Part shown: one piece after another, positions 19,838 through 29,964 of the stretch
How the letters are laid out: the number at the start of each line of letters is the position of its first letter
How positions within the stretch are numbered: position 1 is the stretch's first letter
IMG/VR virus record: IMGVR_UViG_3300032290_001036
Coordinates: 2,510 to 66,509 of that record
Strand: one strand, 5' to 3'
Source: a virus
Taxonomy: Duplodnaviria > Caudoviricetes
Length of the DNA stretch: 64,000 nucleotides
Program-made: the position numbers and the translations under genes
Notes under the pieces: model-generated
Told to the model about the DNA's origin: nothing
What the model saw: the letters and a program-made list of their open reading frames with translations, nothing else
Databases searched by the model: none

Positions 19838-21613
19838 TTATGGTTTTTTTATTGCTCGTAATCGAATAGCGCCCGGTGTGCCAGATCCACCTGCATTACC
19901 TGTCATATTTGGAGGCTCAGTATTTGATCCTGCATTACCGCCGTTTTGTTGAATTTCCGCGTCTGATGCAGTAGATGGTGGCGCAATATTTCCAAACACA
20001 GACTTAAATTCTGGTTTCTGCATCTCTTTAATGATTGTTTGGATAGATGCCTTACCCGGATTTGCTGAAGCTTGTAAATACAAACCAAAGATTGTTTGTG
20101 CTTGAACCCACGAGAATGCAGCTTGCTGTTGTTTGTCTAATTTACCTGCTTTATACAACGTTTCTAATTTTGGAATTAAAGTCTCAAGCATTTCCGCATT
20201 AACGTTTGCTTCTTTTAAACGTTGAGCCGCTGTCGCCCGTAAGTTGTCAATTGTTTTCTGCATCGCAGTAGAAAATGAATTCCAGCCAGCTTGTGCCATG
20301 GCAAGAGAGGCTTTATACTTCTCGGCTTCAGCCATTCTCCCAGTAGCCGAACTGCCAAATAATCCAGCAAGAGTAGCCAGTCGTTTATCAAATGATTCTT
20401 GTCTATTTTGTATAATAGTCTGTTGGTCTTTTGTTAATGGTGCTGAAGCTAATTTTTTTGTTAACGCCACATGCAATGGATTTTCTACCAGTTTTCCATT
20501 TTTCATTATTTGAGGCGGTACAAATTGATTATTATAGTGAGTTCCTTCTTGAATACTAGGAACCCCAGACCATTGTGACAATATGCTATTAACGTCATTT
20601 CCTGTTGCGTAGGCAAGTTGACTTATTTGTGGCATAAATCCAGTAGCTAAATATCGTCCAACATGCTTGTTATTTAACGTGAGTCGCCCATCAGTAACGT
20701 CACCCTTATCATCTATCGACGGAAAAGTCTCCGTCAAATCCTGCAGTGGGTCAAATAAACTGTGAGCAGAGGTACCAAGAGTATCAAATAGTGATGCAAC
20801 AGATGGATCATTTAACGTGCCAATAGGTATTCCTTTTCCTGCATTTGGAAAAGCTTTACTAAAATCAAAATTACCCGCTGCCGGATCCTGTTGATAATAT
20901 TGACGCCAAACGTCAACAGGCACCCCTTGTATCTTTGCCTCAGATGCAGCTTCCGCCAATGCTTGTTGACCAGCTGAATACGCAGCTTGAGCATCCTGCC
21001 ACGCTTTCATCCTCTGTGGAAATGGCGTAGTTTTGTTATTAGCAATAGCCATATTATTTGCATAATCCGTTTGTGCTTTGTAATACGCAGCTCGTGTTGG
21101 ACGCATCCAAGCGTTTTGTAATTCACGTCCTTGATTAGACAATCCAGCTATGTCTAAACTTTGTCTTGTGCCTTGTGTTCCTAAAGCATGTTTTGCTTCG
21201 CCAACTTGAAATTGGTGTTGCATTGGTAGCAATGTTTCTCGATTGCCTAACTCTAAATCGTCCAATTTGAATAAACGAGGTTGATTATTTAGATTGTGCT
21301 TTGCTACACCTGCGTTGAGTGCCGACGTATCAACCATGGCCTGTCCCTCATTGGGAGCAGCTTGTTTTTGATATCCATGTAATATTTTTGCAAGTTCATC
21401 GGAACGTTGTAATCCACCTAGATTCAATGCGTACAATGCGTCTTGTTGCGCCTGCACAACATTTTCGCGTTCTTGTGTACGCTGACGCTGCCTAAGCATG
21501 TCCTGAAGTTCAACACCCTGCTGCTTCATGGCGTTTATTTTGTTGCTAGTCTCTTCGTTTTTTGAAACAAATCCTTGCAACCCGCCCAATAATGCTAAAG
21601 GATTAAAAGCCAT
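19838..21613 (-). CDS. internal virion / ejection protein (T7 gp15 position)
   Basis: 591 aa, Q/A-rich helical composition, located between the pilot-like and giant genes. Confidence 0.6.
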   Translation of the reverse strand: MAFNPLALLGGLQGFVSKNEETSNKINAMKQQGVELQDMLRQRQRTQERENVVQAQQDALYALNLGGLQRSDELAKILHGYQKQAAPNEGQAMVDTSALNAGVAKHNLNNQPRLFKLDDLELGNRETLLPMQHQFQVGEAKHALGTQGTRQSLDIAGLSNQGRELQNAWMRPTRAAYYKAQTDYANNMAIANNKTTPFPQRMKAWQDAQAAYSAGQQALAEAASEAKIQGVPVDVWRQYYQQDPAAGNFDFSKAFPNAGKGIPIGTLNDPSVASLFDTLGTSAHSLFDPLQDLTETFPSIDDKGDVTDGRLTLNNKHVGRYLATGFMPQISQLAYATGNDVNSILSQWSGVPSIQEGTHYNNQFVPPQIMKNGKLVENPLHVALTKKLASAPLTKDQQTIIQNRQESFDKRLATLAGLFGSSATGRMAEAEKYKASLAMAQAGWNSFSTAMQKTIDNLRATAAQRLKEANVNAEMLETLIPKLETLYKAGKLDKQQQAAFSWVQAQTIFGLYLQASANPGKASIQTIIKEMQKPEFKSVFGNIAPPSTASDAEIQQNGGNAGSNTEPPNMTGNAGGSGTPGAIRLRAIKKP

Positions 21614-21618
21614 TGGTG

Positions 21619-22425
21619 TTATCCCTTCTTTTCATTTGGATCGCCATCAGATTTACCATCAGATGCAGGAACGCTACCTGAAGCTCTAGGCCCATACATA
21701 TTCATCCATTGTTGCCATGCGTTAATCTGCTTGGCAACCTGACTATTTTGATTCTGTTGACCCCAATATCCTTGCAGTAGATTCATAAACTGTCCATGCT
21801 GTTGCTGTGCTAAGTTTTCGGCATTCATCTGCTGCTCACCTAAACTTTGCATATCGCGACCATAGGAATCCCAAGTGCCCTGCGCTCCACCGATGCCTTG
21901 GGTCATCATTCCAGTGCCTTGACCTGCCATTCCACTTGCAAGTTGAGTAGCATTGTTTAAACGATTGCCTTGATTGTTGTACCAATCGTTAGCAAACTGG
22001 CCCATCGTTCCAGCAATTGATGCGTCCATTGCTGCGTTAGGATTGTAACCAGTACCTACACCGGCGCCATTAGGTCCATATAAACCACGCTGTGATGCGG
22101 AGTTTGCGACGTTTGCATTAACCTGATCACCTTGTCGCTGGAGCATTGATGTCACTGGACTTACACCACGAAACACATCTGTTTCTGTCAATGGTTTAGT
22201 AGCTTGCTCAATACCCATGTTTGCCATTTTTTGCGCTTGCGGCAAAAACATGTTTTGTTGCTTTTGACCTTTGTTGACAAGGTCATTAAAGTATGGAACG
22301 TAAGATGCCTTCCTGTCGGCAGCCATCTTCATGCGGTCCATATATGGATTATTCTTTGGCTTAAATAATCCACCTAGAAGCTGTCCGCCAGCCTGTGTTA
22401 ATAACGCACCTGTAATTGGATCCAT
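21619..22425 (-). CDS. DNA pilot / ejection protein (T7 gp14 or P22 gp7 position)
   Basis: G/Q/M/N-rich 268 aa starting MDPITGALLTQAGGQLLGGLF. Confidence 0.65.
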   Translation of the reverse strand: MDPITGALLTQAGGQLLGGLFKPKNNPYMDRMKMAADRKASYVPYFNDLVNKGQKQQNMFLPQAQKMANMGIEQATKPLTETDVFRGVSPVTSMLQRQGDQVNANVANSASQRGLYGPNGAGVGTGYNPNAAMDASIAGTMGQFANDWYNNQGNRLNNATQLASGMAGQGTGMMTQGIGGAQGTWDSYGRDMQSLGEQQMNAENLAQQQHGQFMNLLQGYWGQQNQNSQVAKQINAWQQWMNMYGPRASGSVPASDGKSDGDPNEKKG

Positions 22426-22440
22426 AGTACCTCCAGTTTA

Positions 22441-22896
22441 CTACACAACGACCTTATTCATCATGTTGAGCCATCCGGGATTACCAGATGAATCAGGCAT
22501 TGCAACTAACGTAACCGATTCATATTGTTTACTCAAAGATACAAACCCTGAGTTTGTCCAAAACGTGTCAGGTGCTTGTGCTGTCAAAGTTACAGTGTTA
22601 GCTCCAACGTCAAACTTAATGACAGTTATCTGCTTGCCAAAAAAAGCACCGGCGATTGGCAACGTCAGTGTTACCGCTCCGCCACTGGCGTCAACTACAA
22701 CTGTTATTGGTGCAAATTCGATATTAGAGGTTGCTGTAACATATTGTATCTGAGACACCCAAGGCTGATACGGCACTGGAGGCATTCCTGCAAATTTACT
22801 CTGCTCGAAAATAGCAGTAGATTTTCCGGGACCAACAAATGCCTTTACTCCGTCTTTGCGAACCTGATTGTCAACAGGAACAACTGGTGTGGCCAT
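22441..22896 (-). CDS. small tail-associated beta-rich protein
   Basis: ATG 22896 with AAGGAG; VVVDASGGAVTLTLP...GKQITVIKFD motif typical of phage fibre domains. Confidence 0.6.
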   Translation of the reverse strand: MATPVVPVDNQVRKDGVKAFVGPGKSTAIFEQSKFAGMPPVPYQPWVSQIQYVTATSNIEFAPITVVVDASGGAVTLTLPIAGAFFGKQITVIKFDVGANTVTLTAQAPDTFWTNSGFVSLSKQYESVTLVAMPDSSGNPGWLNMMNKVVV

Positions 22897-22897
22897 A

Positions 22898-25800
22898 TTA
22901 TCTCCTTGGTGTATTACCTTCTGTTGTAGTTGTGTGTAGCGCGTATAACTTCCACTTTTTTGAACTAGTTCCACTTAAAGTAATAGAGAAAGTCTGTTGA
23001 TCTGCTGTTCGGCTAATACTACGCAAACTTACTACTTTGTCGGATGAAGCATCAAACTGGAACGAACCTGCTGTTGAGTATCCTTTTTGCCCTGTAATTG
23101 ACCAGTTAACGCCAAGTGCGCTCGTGTCTTGATTTGCAATATGCAAGTTTAAACTGTGTATTTTATTGGCGCTGTAATACACGTAACTTTCTGTGTACGA
23201 TTGCCCATATTGCCTTGTAGTAATCACCCACGGGATAGCCGTGTACGTTCTATTAGGTGGGTTTGCCCCATCGCTATACACGCCATCTGCAAATCTGTCA
23301 AACTTATAGAGTTTTCCATCTCGACCACCGGCGTACAAGTCTTGAGTGTCGTCAGTTGTTTCAACTGCTACTAAGGATGTAAACGCAATTGGATTATTCC
23401 AATTGACCCATCCGCCATTAATAGGCGAGTTTGTGCGTGGGTTAAAACCTTCTGTTCTTGTGTCATAAACATACATTTTTGTATTAGTTGCATTTTCTGT
23501 TTCTCCAGATGCTGGAGCCAATACAAGTAGTCGTCTATCATGCACACACATCGTAATGTTTGCGTACGACGCTGCTGGAACAAACGCGTACTGACCATTA
23601 ATGTAATCTTGACTACGTGGGTTTAAAACTCCTTCAAGTTGCAACCCTTTAGCAGTCAACTTAGTGCCATCCAACTGCATGATTCCGTTTGCAGTCGTAA
23701 TAATCAAACGACCCATCAATACAGCTGATCCCCGCTTGGCAACTAAGCCACTGCCAGACCCCTGTAAAAATCCTTGATTTGCAAAATTGTGTGGACTATC
23801 TCCCGTAAGGAGATATGTTGAATGCTCTCGCATAATGACTAATGCAGCAGACGTGCTGTTGTCACGCATTAATCCGTCGCCCTGAATACTCTGCATCCCC
23901 ATTATCTGCTCTTCATCATTTTGATTACTAAGCGTAAAGGTGGCTCCCTTGATAGCGACTTCAGGGTCTAGTGGATCAACTATCGCAGTTGTATACAGGC
24001 CGTATTCATTGTTTGTGTTTAATGACCAGCTGGCATAAATAGTGTTTTTCTTTGACGCAAATAACCGTTGGTTGTAAACGGCTATGCAGTCGCATCCTAC
24101 TGGGTATTGATCTTTCCCAATTCTGTATCTGTACCCACGTGTGCCCGGACCGTTATCAAATAATAATTGTGAATCTGGAACCTGATCTACGACTGTTAGG
24201 GCTGTTCCATTATAACTTGATGTGAAGCCTTCCCATTTACTTCCGTCTACGTATGCTAATCCTGTGTCTAAATCAACAAGCCCAATAAGGCGAGACATGT
24301 TGTCTCCGGTTAATAAATTCCTTCTGTACACGCAAGCGTATTTGTAATAGAAGCCGTTTGCGCTGGCATTTAAGTAACTGGCAGATAACTCAATAGTTAC
24401 TTTATTGACGGCCTCAGTAATGACTACATCCGTACTATATTTTGATGCATTTGTTTCAAACCCATCTTGATTTGGTGTTTCTGGCACTGGAGTAAACGTA
24501 TTTGCTCCGCTCGTCACATCAGATGTAAATGCAAATGTACTCCCAGCTAATGTTGAATCCGTGGTGATAATAAACGACGTAGTTGTTAAAACGTCTTTTA
24601 TGTAATATGTAGTCCCAGCTGTTAAACCACCAACGCCATTGGTCGCTATTAACCGTTTTCCAACACCTAGGTTATGTGCCGTAGCAGTGTTGACAACTGT
24701 CGTTGACGTACCAGTCGTCACAGTAAAATTAAACGTACTCCAGTATGGCATTGTTACAGACGTTGGCTTTGTATAAGGTGTCCATAACGAAAATGAGTAA
24801 GCGTATTTTGTCTGCGGTGTTAAAGCCCCTTGCTTTGTAACCTCACCTAAACTAATTACCCATTCGTTGTCATAAAACAATTCTAAGTCGTAATCAAATT
24901 GAATATATATTGCAGATACAACCGCACGATTAGTAGTTGTTATTGGATATAAATCAAACGTCAAGTAACCTAATGTTTTGTCATATCGGCATTGACCTGT
25001 GAATTGAGTCTTGTTGTTGTATCTGATACCTAAACTAAAAGGCGGGACAGACTGATTAATCTTTTCCGAAAATGATGCACGAATACTAATAGATTGCGTA
25101 TTCCTGAAATCAAAGTATTGAGTATATGTGTTTGCTCCAGATGTAACTGCAGCCGTAAACACAAAATCTGCTGATGCTAACGTGCTGTCAGTCGTTACAG
25201 TAAATGTCCCTGTAGTTGGAGTCGTCTTTACATAATAACTAGTAGACGTAACTACGCCGCCAATCGTATTAGCAAATTGTATAAAATCACCAACCTCTAA
25301 CCCATGTACGCCACCATTGTCAACACAAGTAATAAGTGATGAATTAATCGGCACAGTAAACTGTGTTGCTTGACTTAGGTTAATTTTAACCGCTTCATTT
25401 TCCAAGTAATTTGCAAATGGATCGACTGGTGATGTGTCAGTAATAAACGTTTGGTTAGCTTGCCTTGCAACTAATTTAGCAAGTCCTTTAGCATCGTCTT
25501 GTGTACCTACCTCAAGCTTTGAGTTTAAAGCATAAAGCGAAACGTCATCTAATAAAACCCAGCTGTCTCCACCACGCATAAATGTTGGCGCAAAACGAAT
25601 CTGTATGCCTGTTAGTATTTTGTCGTACTGTCTAAAGTCAACTAGTACTTGAAATTTATGCCAGTCTCCAGCGTTCTGCCCTGCTGCTGGTTGAGCATTA
25701 AAATAAACTTCAGCTCCACCTATCCTGTTGTTTGAAGAAAAGGCGGTTGTTCCAGTTTGTGTATATCCGTCAATCGTGACGTCAATTGTATTTTGGCTGA

Positions 25801-27034
25801 CAAAGTTAGCTATGTCATCTTGGTTGTACACGTAAAATGTCAAAGCGTACAACCCAGCATTGTGCTGAATTATTATCTTGTTTGCACCAGATGTTACATT
25901 TGACGTAAATGTAAACGCCGTGCCTGATGTGACTGTTGATGATGTAGTAATTGTTACAACGGTGTCAGACACAACCGACTTTACATAATAGGTAGTACTT
26001 GTCGATGTGCCACCAGTCGTGGTCGTAAATTTAATTGCTTGACCTATAGATAAACCATGGCCAGCGGATAACGTCATGTATGTTGGGTTGACTGTAGATG
26101 ACGCTGTAAACACTAATTGCGCCTCATCATATGTAACAGTAGTGTCTCGTACATCGATATCCTGATAGAGGATGTCTTGAATTTTGTCAACTTTAACACA
26201 AAATCCAGAATTACCATCTCTTGTCGCAACAAAGTTGTCAGCGTTTTTTGCTGAGTTGGCAAACGTTTTATATATTGTTGCTCCAACTGTTTTATTGCCA
26301 CTAGTCAAATATTCTACATTTGACGTGTTGTAATTCCACTCACCAAATCCAGTAGCAACATTACTGTTAAACGTCGGATTATTCACTTTGTTTGTAAGCA
26401 CAGACGGCGCTGAACTAAAACCACTAACATCAATGGGTGTTGTGTACGTTGATCCTAACTGTTTATTACGCATGACTGTCAGTGATGATGCCGTTGCTTT
26501 TGGCGTGTACTTTGTAAGATCGTCAAGTACGGGTAGCGTTTCAGCTTCTGGTATCTGCCCGTTCATGCGCAATCTGAATAAACTACCTGCTCCATCGACA
26601 CCATAGACATATCGCCCAAACATTGTCATTCGGACATTTTTGCTATTAGGAAATGCAAAACTTGCATTGCTGTTAGACCTATTAAACACCTCTGCATATA
26701 GGTTATTTTGCAAGCCATAAGTTGATGTGTCGTAGTAATACAACTTTCCATTAGATGTAAATGCAACTTTACTTTTAACTCCACGATCTTTCAATGTCAT
26801 TAATTCATATATTGGGAATCCGGTACCGGGGTTGTATGTGGCAGTAGTTGAATGCCAGCAAGTTGACCATCCGTTACGTGGTTGTAGCGCATTGCCGTAG
26901 ACGAGCATGTTTTGTAAGCTTTGGAAGTACCCATCAACAAGTCTATTAGGAGCTGTGTATGTGTCAATTCCGACAAATCCGCGATCGCCTAATTGATATG
27001 AGTGTGAAGATGGAGTAGATTTCTTTGTCGGCAT
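22898..27034 (-). CDS. tail nozzle / stabilisation protein (P22 gp10 or T7 gp12-like) with inserted domains
   Basis: N-terminal GFVGID...LQNML...LQPRNG, propeller-like C-terminal half, position before the ejection genes; three internal repeats. Confidence 0.75.
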   Translation of the reverse strand: MPTKKSTPSSHSYQLGDRGFVGIDTYTAPNRLVDGYFQSLQNMLVYGNALQPRNGWSTCWHSTTATYNPGTGFPIYELMTLKDRGVKSKVAFTSNGKLYYYDTSTYGLQNNLYAEVFNRSNSNASFAFPNSKNVRMTMFGRYVYGVDGAGSLFRLRMNGQIPEAETLPVLDDLTKYTPKATASSLTVMRNKQLGSTYTTPIDVSGFSSAPSVLTNKVNNPTFNSNVATGFGEWNYNTSNVEYLTSGNKTVGATIYKTFANSAKNADNFVATRDGNSGFCVKVDKIQDILYQDIDVRDTTVTYDEAQLVFTASSTVNPTYMTLSAGHGLSIGQAIKFTTTTGGTSTSTTYYVKSVVSDTVVTITTSSTVTSGTAFTFTSNVTSGANKIIIQHNAGLYALTFYVYNQDDIANFVSQNTIDVTIDGYTQTGTTAFSSNNRIGGAEVYFNAQPAAGQNAGDWHKFQVLVDFRQYDKILTGIQIRFAPTFMRGGDSWVLLDDVSLYALNSKLEVGTQDDAKGLAKLVARQANQTFITDTSPVDPFANYLENEAVKINLSQATQFTVPINSSLITCVDNGGVHGLEVGDFIQFANTIGGVVTSTSYYVKTTPTTGTFTVTTDSTLASADFVFTAAVTSGANTYTQYFDFRNTQSISIRASFSEKINQSVPPFSLGIRYNNKTQFTGQCRYDKTLGYLTFDLYPITTTNRAVVSAIYIQFDYDLELFYDNEWVISLGEVTKQGALTPQTKYAYSFSLWTPYTKPTSVTMPYWSTFNFTVTTGTSTTVVNTATAHNLGVGKRLIATNGVGGLTAGTTYYIKDVLTTTSFIITTDSTLAGSTFAFTSDVTSGANTFTPVPETPNQDGFETNASKYSTDVVITEAVNKVTIELSASYLNASANGFYYKYACVYRRNLLTGDNMSRLIGLVDLDTGLAYVDGSKWEGFTSSYNGTALTVVDQVPDSQLLFDNGPGTRGYRYRIGKDQYPVGCDCIAVYNQRLFASKKNTIYASWSLNTNNEYGLYTTAIVDPLDPEVAIKGATFTLSNQNDEEQIMGMQSIQGDGLMRDNSTSAALVIMREHSTYLLTGDSPHNFANQGFLQGSGSGLVAKRGSAVLMGRLIITTANGIMQLDGTKLTAKGLQLEGVLNPRSQDYINGQYAFVPAASYANITMCVHDRRLLVLAPASGETENATNTKMYVYDTRTEGFNPRTNSPINGGWVNWNNPIAFTSLVAVETTDDTQDLYAGGRDGKLYKFDRFADGVYSDGANPPNRTYTAIPWVITTRQYGQSYTESYVYYSANKIHSLNLHIANQDTSALGVNWSITGQKGYSTAGSFQFDASSDKVVSLRSISRTADQQTFSITLSGTSSKKWKLYALHTTTTEGNTPRR
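24495..26078 (-). repeat. three ~65-aa repeated domains inside the nozzle (about 25875-26078, 25122-25330, 24495-24690)
   Basis: Each reads H(G/N)L..G.......GG....T.YY(V/I)K......(F/V)..TT.ST......F.FT..VTSGAN. Confidence 0.9.
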
Positions 27035-28551
27035 TATTCACAACCTTTTCTTGTAAATTGATTAGTAAGTGTCACAGTATTATTGTACACACCTGTTAAA
27101 TCCGAACTGTGCGTAAACTGGTCAGGTAATGTTTCTGTAATAACATAATTTCCAGATAACGGTGTACTTGCAGTTGTCCAAGCGCAAACGTCATTATCTG
27201 ACACTATCCATGGTGGGCAAGTACACAGTACGTTGTAGGTAGCATTGACATTTAAATACGCCTTACCAGTCATCGTGACAGACGATGGGCCGATGGGGCC
27301 ACCAGTAACTACTCCTGTTGACCCAATTGTAGCAAAAGCACTTAATGTTGTAGAGGACGTACGTGATGCGTTTATCCCGACTGTAGCAAACGCAGATATC
27401 GCTGTTGACTCACTGCGATTAATAGATGACGCAAGCGATGCAAATGCAGACAATGCGCTGTCACTTTGTCTATTAACAGTAGAGGACAAAGTTGCAAATG
27501 CGGAGATGCTAGTACTTGATAGTTGCGACGCTGAACTATTGACAGAAGAAAATGCGCTTAATGTAGAGGATGCATTTCTAGTAGGAGTAGTTGTTACCGA
27601 CGCAAACGCAGACATACTACTAGATGAAGCAATAGAACTTGAAGTAGATACTGCAAGCGTTGCAAACGCAGATTGTGTACTAGATACGGATATTGTCGGT
27701 GTTGAACTAGTGCTTGCAAATGCAGATAAAGTACTGGCTGAAAAAACTGTGACAGTCGCGGATGATGCTGTCGTAGCAAATGCTGATTGTGTACTACTAG
27801 CCGAAATTGTTATTGTTGATGATGTACTAGCAAATGCACTAATTAAACTGTCTGCTGATACAGAGGTTGAAGTAGATGATGCAAGTCTTGCAAATGCAGA
27901 CTGTGTGCTAGATGCAGATGTTGTAGGTAATGAACTAACGCTTGCATATGCAGATAAAGCACTCGCCGAAAAAATTGTGACAGATGCAGATGACGCCGTT
28001 GTTGCAAATGCTGATTGTGTACTACTAGCCGAAATTGTTATTGTTGAAGACGTGCTCGCAAACGCAGACTGCGCACTACTAGCTAATCTTGCAATATCTG
28101 ATGATGTCGTTGCAGATGCTGATAGCGTACTCGATGCAGTAGATATTGTTCCTGCTGATGACGCCAATGTAGCAAACGCTGATTGTGTACTGCCAACTAA
28201 TCTTGTTGCAGTGGTAGACGTACTGGCAAATGCAGACTGCTCACTACTGACCGATCTAGTTGTTGATGACGATGTGGTGGCAGTTACAGATTGTGTACTG
28301 CCAACCGATATAGTTATTGATGACGATACAGTAGCATTTGCAGATTGAACGCTACTTGATGGTTTAGTTATTGATGATGACGCTGTAGCATTACCAGACA
28401 AGGTGACACTGACAGATCTTGTTGCCGATGAAGATACTGTAGCAAAAGCACTAAGGCTTGCCGATTTATTACCTCCAGTTACTGGAGGAGCAGCAAGCCT
28501 TACACCAATAAATATCGCTGTTATATAACCAGCGCTATTTGGTATTGCCAT
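27034..28551 (-). CDS. Ser/Ala/Thr-rich repeat fibre protein
   Basis: About 21 SAFA-type units of 18 or 20 aa, then a short Cys-containing C-terminal domain. Confidence 0.75.
   Translation of the reverse strand: MAIPNSAGYITAIFIGVRLAAPPVTGGNKSASLSAFATVSSSATRSVSVTLSGNATASSSITKPSSSVQSANATVSSSITISVGSTQSVTATTSSSTTRSVSSEQSAFASTSTTATRLVGSTQSAFATLASSAGTISTASSTLSASATTSSDIARLASSAQSAFASTSSTITISASSTQSAFATTASSASVTIFSASALSAYASVSSLPTTSASSTQSAFARLASSTSTSVSADSLISAFASTSSTITISASSTQSAFATTASSATVTVFSASTLSAFASTSSTPTISVSSTQSAFATLAVSTSSSIASSSSMSAFASVTTTPTRNASSTLSAFSSVNSSASQLSSTSISAFATLSSTVNRQSDSALSAFASLASSINRSESTAISAFATVGINASRTSSTTLSAFATIGSTGVVTGGPIGPSSVTMTGKAYLNVNATYNVLCTCPPWIVSDNDVCAWTTASTPLSGNYVITETLPDQFTHSSDLTGVYNNTVTLTNQFTRKGCE
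27320..28452 (-). repeat. coding tandem repeat (54/60-nt units) containing a 44-nt exact duplication
   Basis: 27776-27819 is identical to 28004-28047 (228 nt apart). Confidence 0.9.
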
Positions 28552-29054
28552 TAGTCTAAGCGGATATCAATACCCGTGTTGTTTGGGAATGTAATTGTCT
28601 GGCCAGAACCAAGCGTTACAGATCCTCCCGTAATATCGCCATAGAAAAGAATTGTCCCGTCAGTTGAAGCAGTAGCGCTAATTGTAGCACTTGTACAAAT
28701 ACCAATTCCAGCAATCGTAATACTTGCACCTGTCGCAGTAAACGACACTGCGTTGATGTTTGTCAATGGACCGGGTGTTGCTGTGGAAGCTGCTGTGTTT
28801 GCACCACCAACACCAAATTTAGCATCAGTAGCGGCACTGGCGCCCGTTGCTAATGGAATGCGGGTGCTATACCCGGCAGTTCCGGACGCATTTTCAGCTA
28901 ATGTTGCATCTGACGCCACATTGGTCATCAAAGCTAACCATAATTGTGTGCCAGTTGTTCCATTCGCTCCAAATGGACCAAATGTTGTACCGCGCAATAA
29001 ATGATTTAAGAGGCTTGCCTCTGTTGCGTTTGTAAACGCCGTTGTTGTTGCCAT
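28551..29054 (-). CDS. conserved phage fibre-associated structural protein
   Basis: EASLLNHLLRG...LWLAL...GY...N..AVSF...GTILFYG...GQTITF...IRLD pattern of a widespread phage family. Confidence 0.75.
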   Translation of the reverse strand: MATTTAFTNATEASLLNHLLRGTTFGPFGANGTTGTQLWLALMTNVASDATLAENASGTAGYSTRIPLATGASAATDAKFGVGGANTAASTATPGPLTNINAVSFTATGASITIAGIGICTSATISATASTDGTILFYGDITGGSVTLGSGQTITFPNNTGIDIRLD

Positions 29055-29055
29055 A

Positions 29056-29958
29056 TTAACCTACCTTTACAATCGGATCTGCAAGTGCGGTTGTCAAAGG
29101 TAAACTCCAAACAACCACTGTTCCTGCTTCATTGTACACATCAATAGTTGCTCCTGTTGATGCGTCAACTTTGTTTCTTAAAATGCGTAATGCTTGACGT
29201 ACAGTTCTGTCAGTTGATGCTGATGTATATGCTCCGTTTGCAACAGATTCATTACCACTACTATCTAACTTACGTGCAAGAATACCATCGGCAATTTCTT
29301 CTATCGCGGTTGCGTTTAACGCGTTTGCATCAATAGCACCTGTTGCAAAATCAGCAGCAACAATAACTCCCGGTTGCAGTTCATGTACGTCAGCAGCTAT
29401 GTGGAATGATCCAGTAATGGTAACTTCATTAGACGGGGACGTTGACCTTGTCCTTACAACTCTTGCGCCAAACGAGTTTGCTGTTGTGTATGAAGCAAGT
29501 AATGCATTCCACACAGCAGCAGCTGTGTTAGTTTGTGCTGTAGTTGCAAGAGATCCAACTGTTACCTCACCGGAAGCGTTACCAGTTGGTAAACCACCAC
29601 TTGCTCCTGCAGCTGCATTTGGCAAAGCGGTAAGACCAATTCTGACTGCGTCAAACGGATCATATGCCATGATCTGAACTATAGAATTATAGTCGCGACT
29701 GACGGTAGCTTTTTCAATATTCAATGACACCCAGCCAAGCGTGTCCACTTCACCGGTTGTGAGCTGGTAATAATACTGACCATTGCCAATCTCAACCCAA
29801 GTGCCAGCACCAGCCGCTGGAGTTGCACCATTCTTACTGACATTGATGGTGGGAGCAGTCACGCCAAGTTCTGGCGTAAACCCGTCTGTAATGTCTACAA
29901 GCAGTACAGGTATACGTCTATGTGCTGCATCTGCATCACTTTGTTTTATTTGAAACAT
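29056..29958 (-). CDS. virion structural protein with N-terminal Ig-like (BppU-like) domain
   Basis: RRIPVLLVD.TDG...VSKNGA...WVEIGNGQYYYQL. Confidence 0.6.
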   Translation of the reverse strand: MFQIKQSDADAAHRRIPVLLVDITDGFTPELGVTAPTINVSKNGATPAAGAGTWVEIGNGQYYYQLTTGEVDTLGWVSLNIEKATVSRDYNSIVQIMAYDPFDAVRIGLTALPNAAAGASGGLPTGNASGEVTVGSLATTAQTNTAAAVWNALLASYTTANSFGARVVRTRSTSPSNEVTITGSFHIAADVHELQPGVIVAADFATGAIDANALNATAIEEIADGILARKLDSSGNESVANGAYTSASTDRTVRQALRILRNKVDASTGATIDVYNEAGTVVVWSLPLTTALADPIVKVG

Positions 29959-29964
29959 AATTCA

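Noticed and set aside
27245-28348. 367-aa antisense ORF over the repeat fibre gene
   Set aside because: In this frame stops arise only opposite Tyr, Gln or His codons, which are rare in the S/A/T-rich sense protein, so composition explains the open frame
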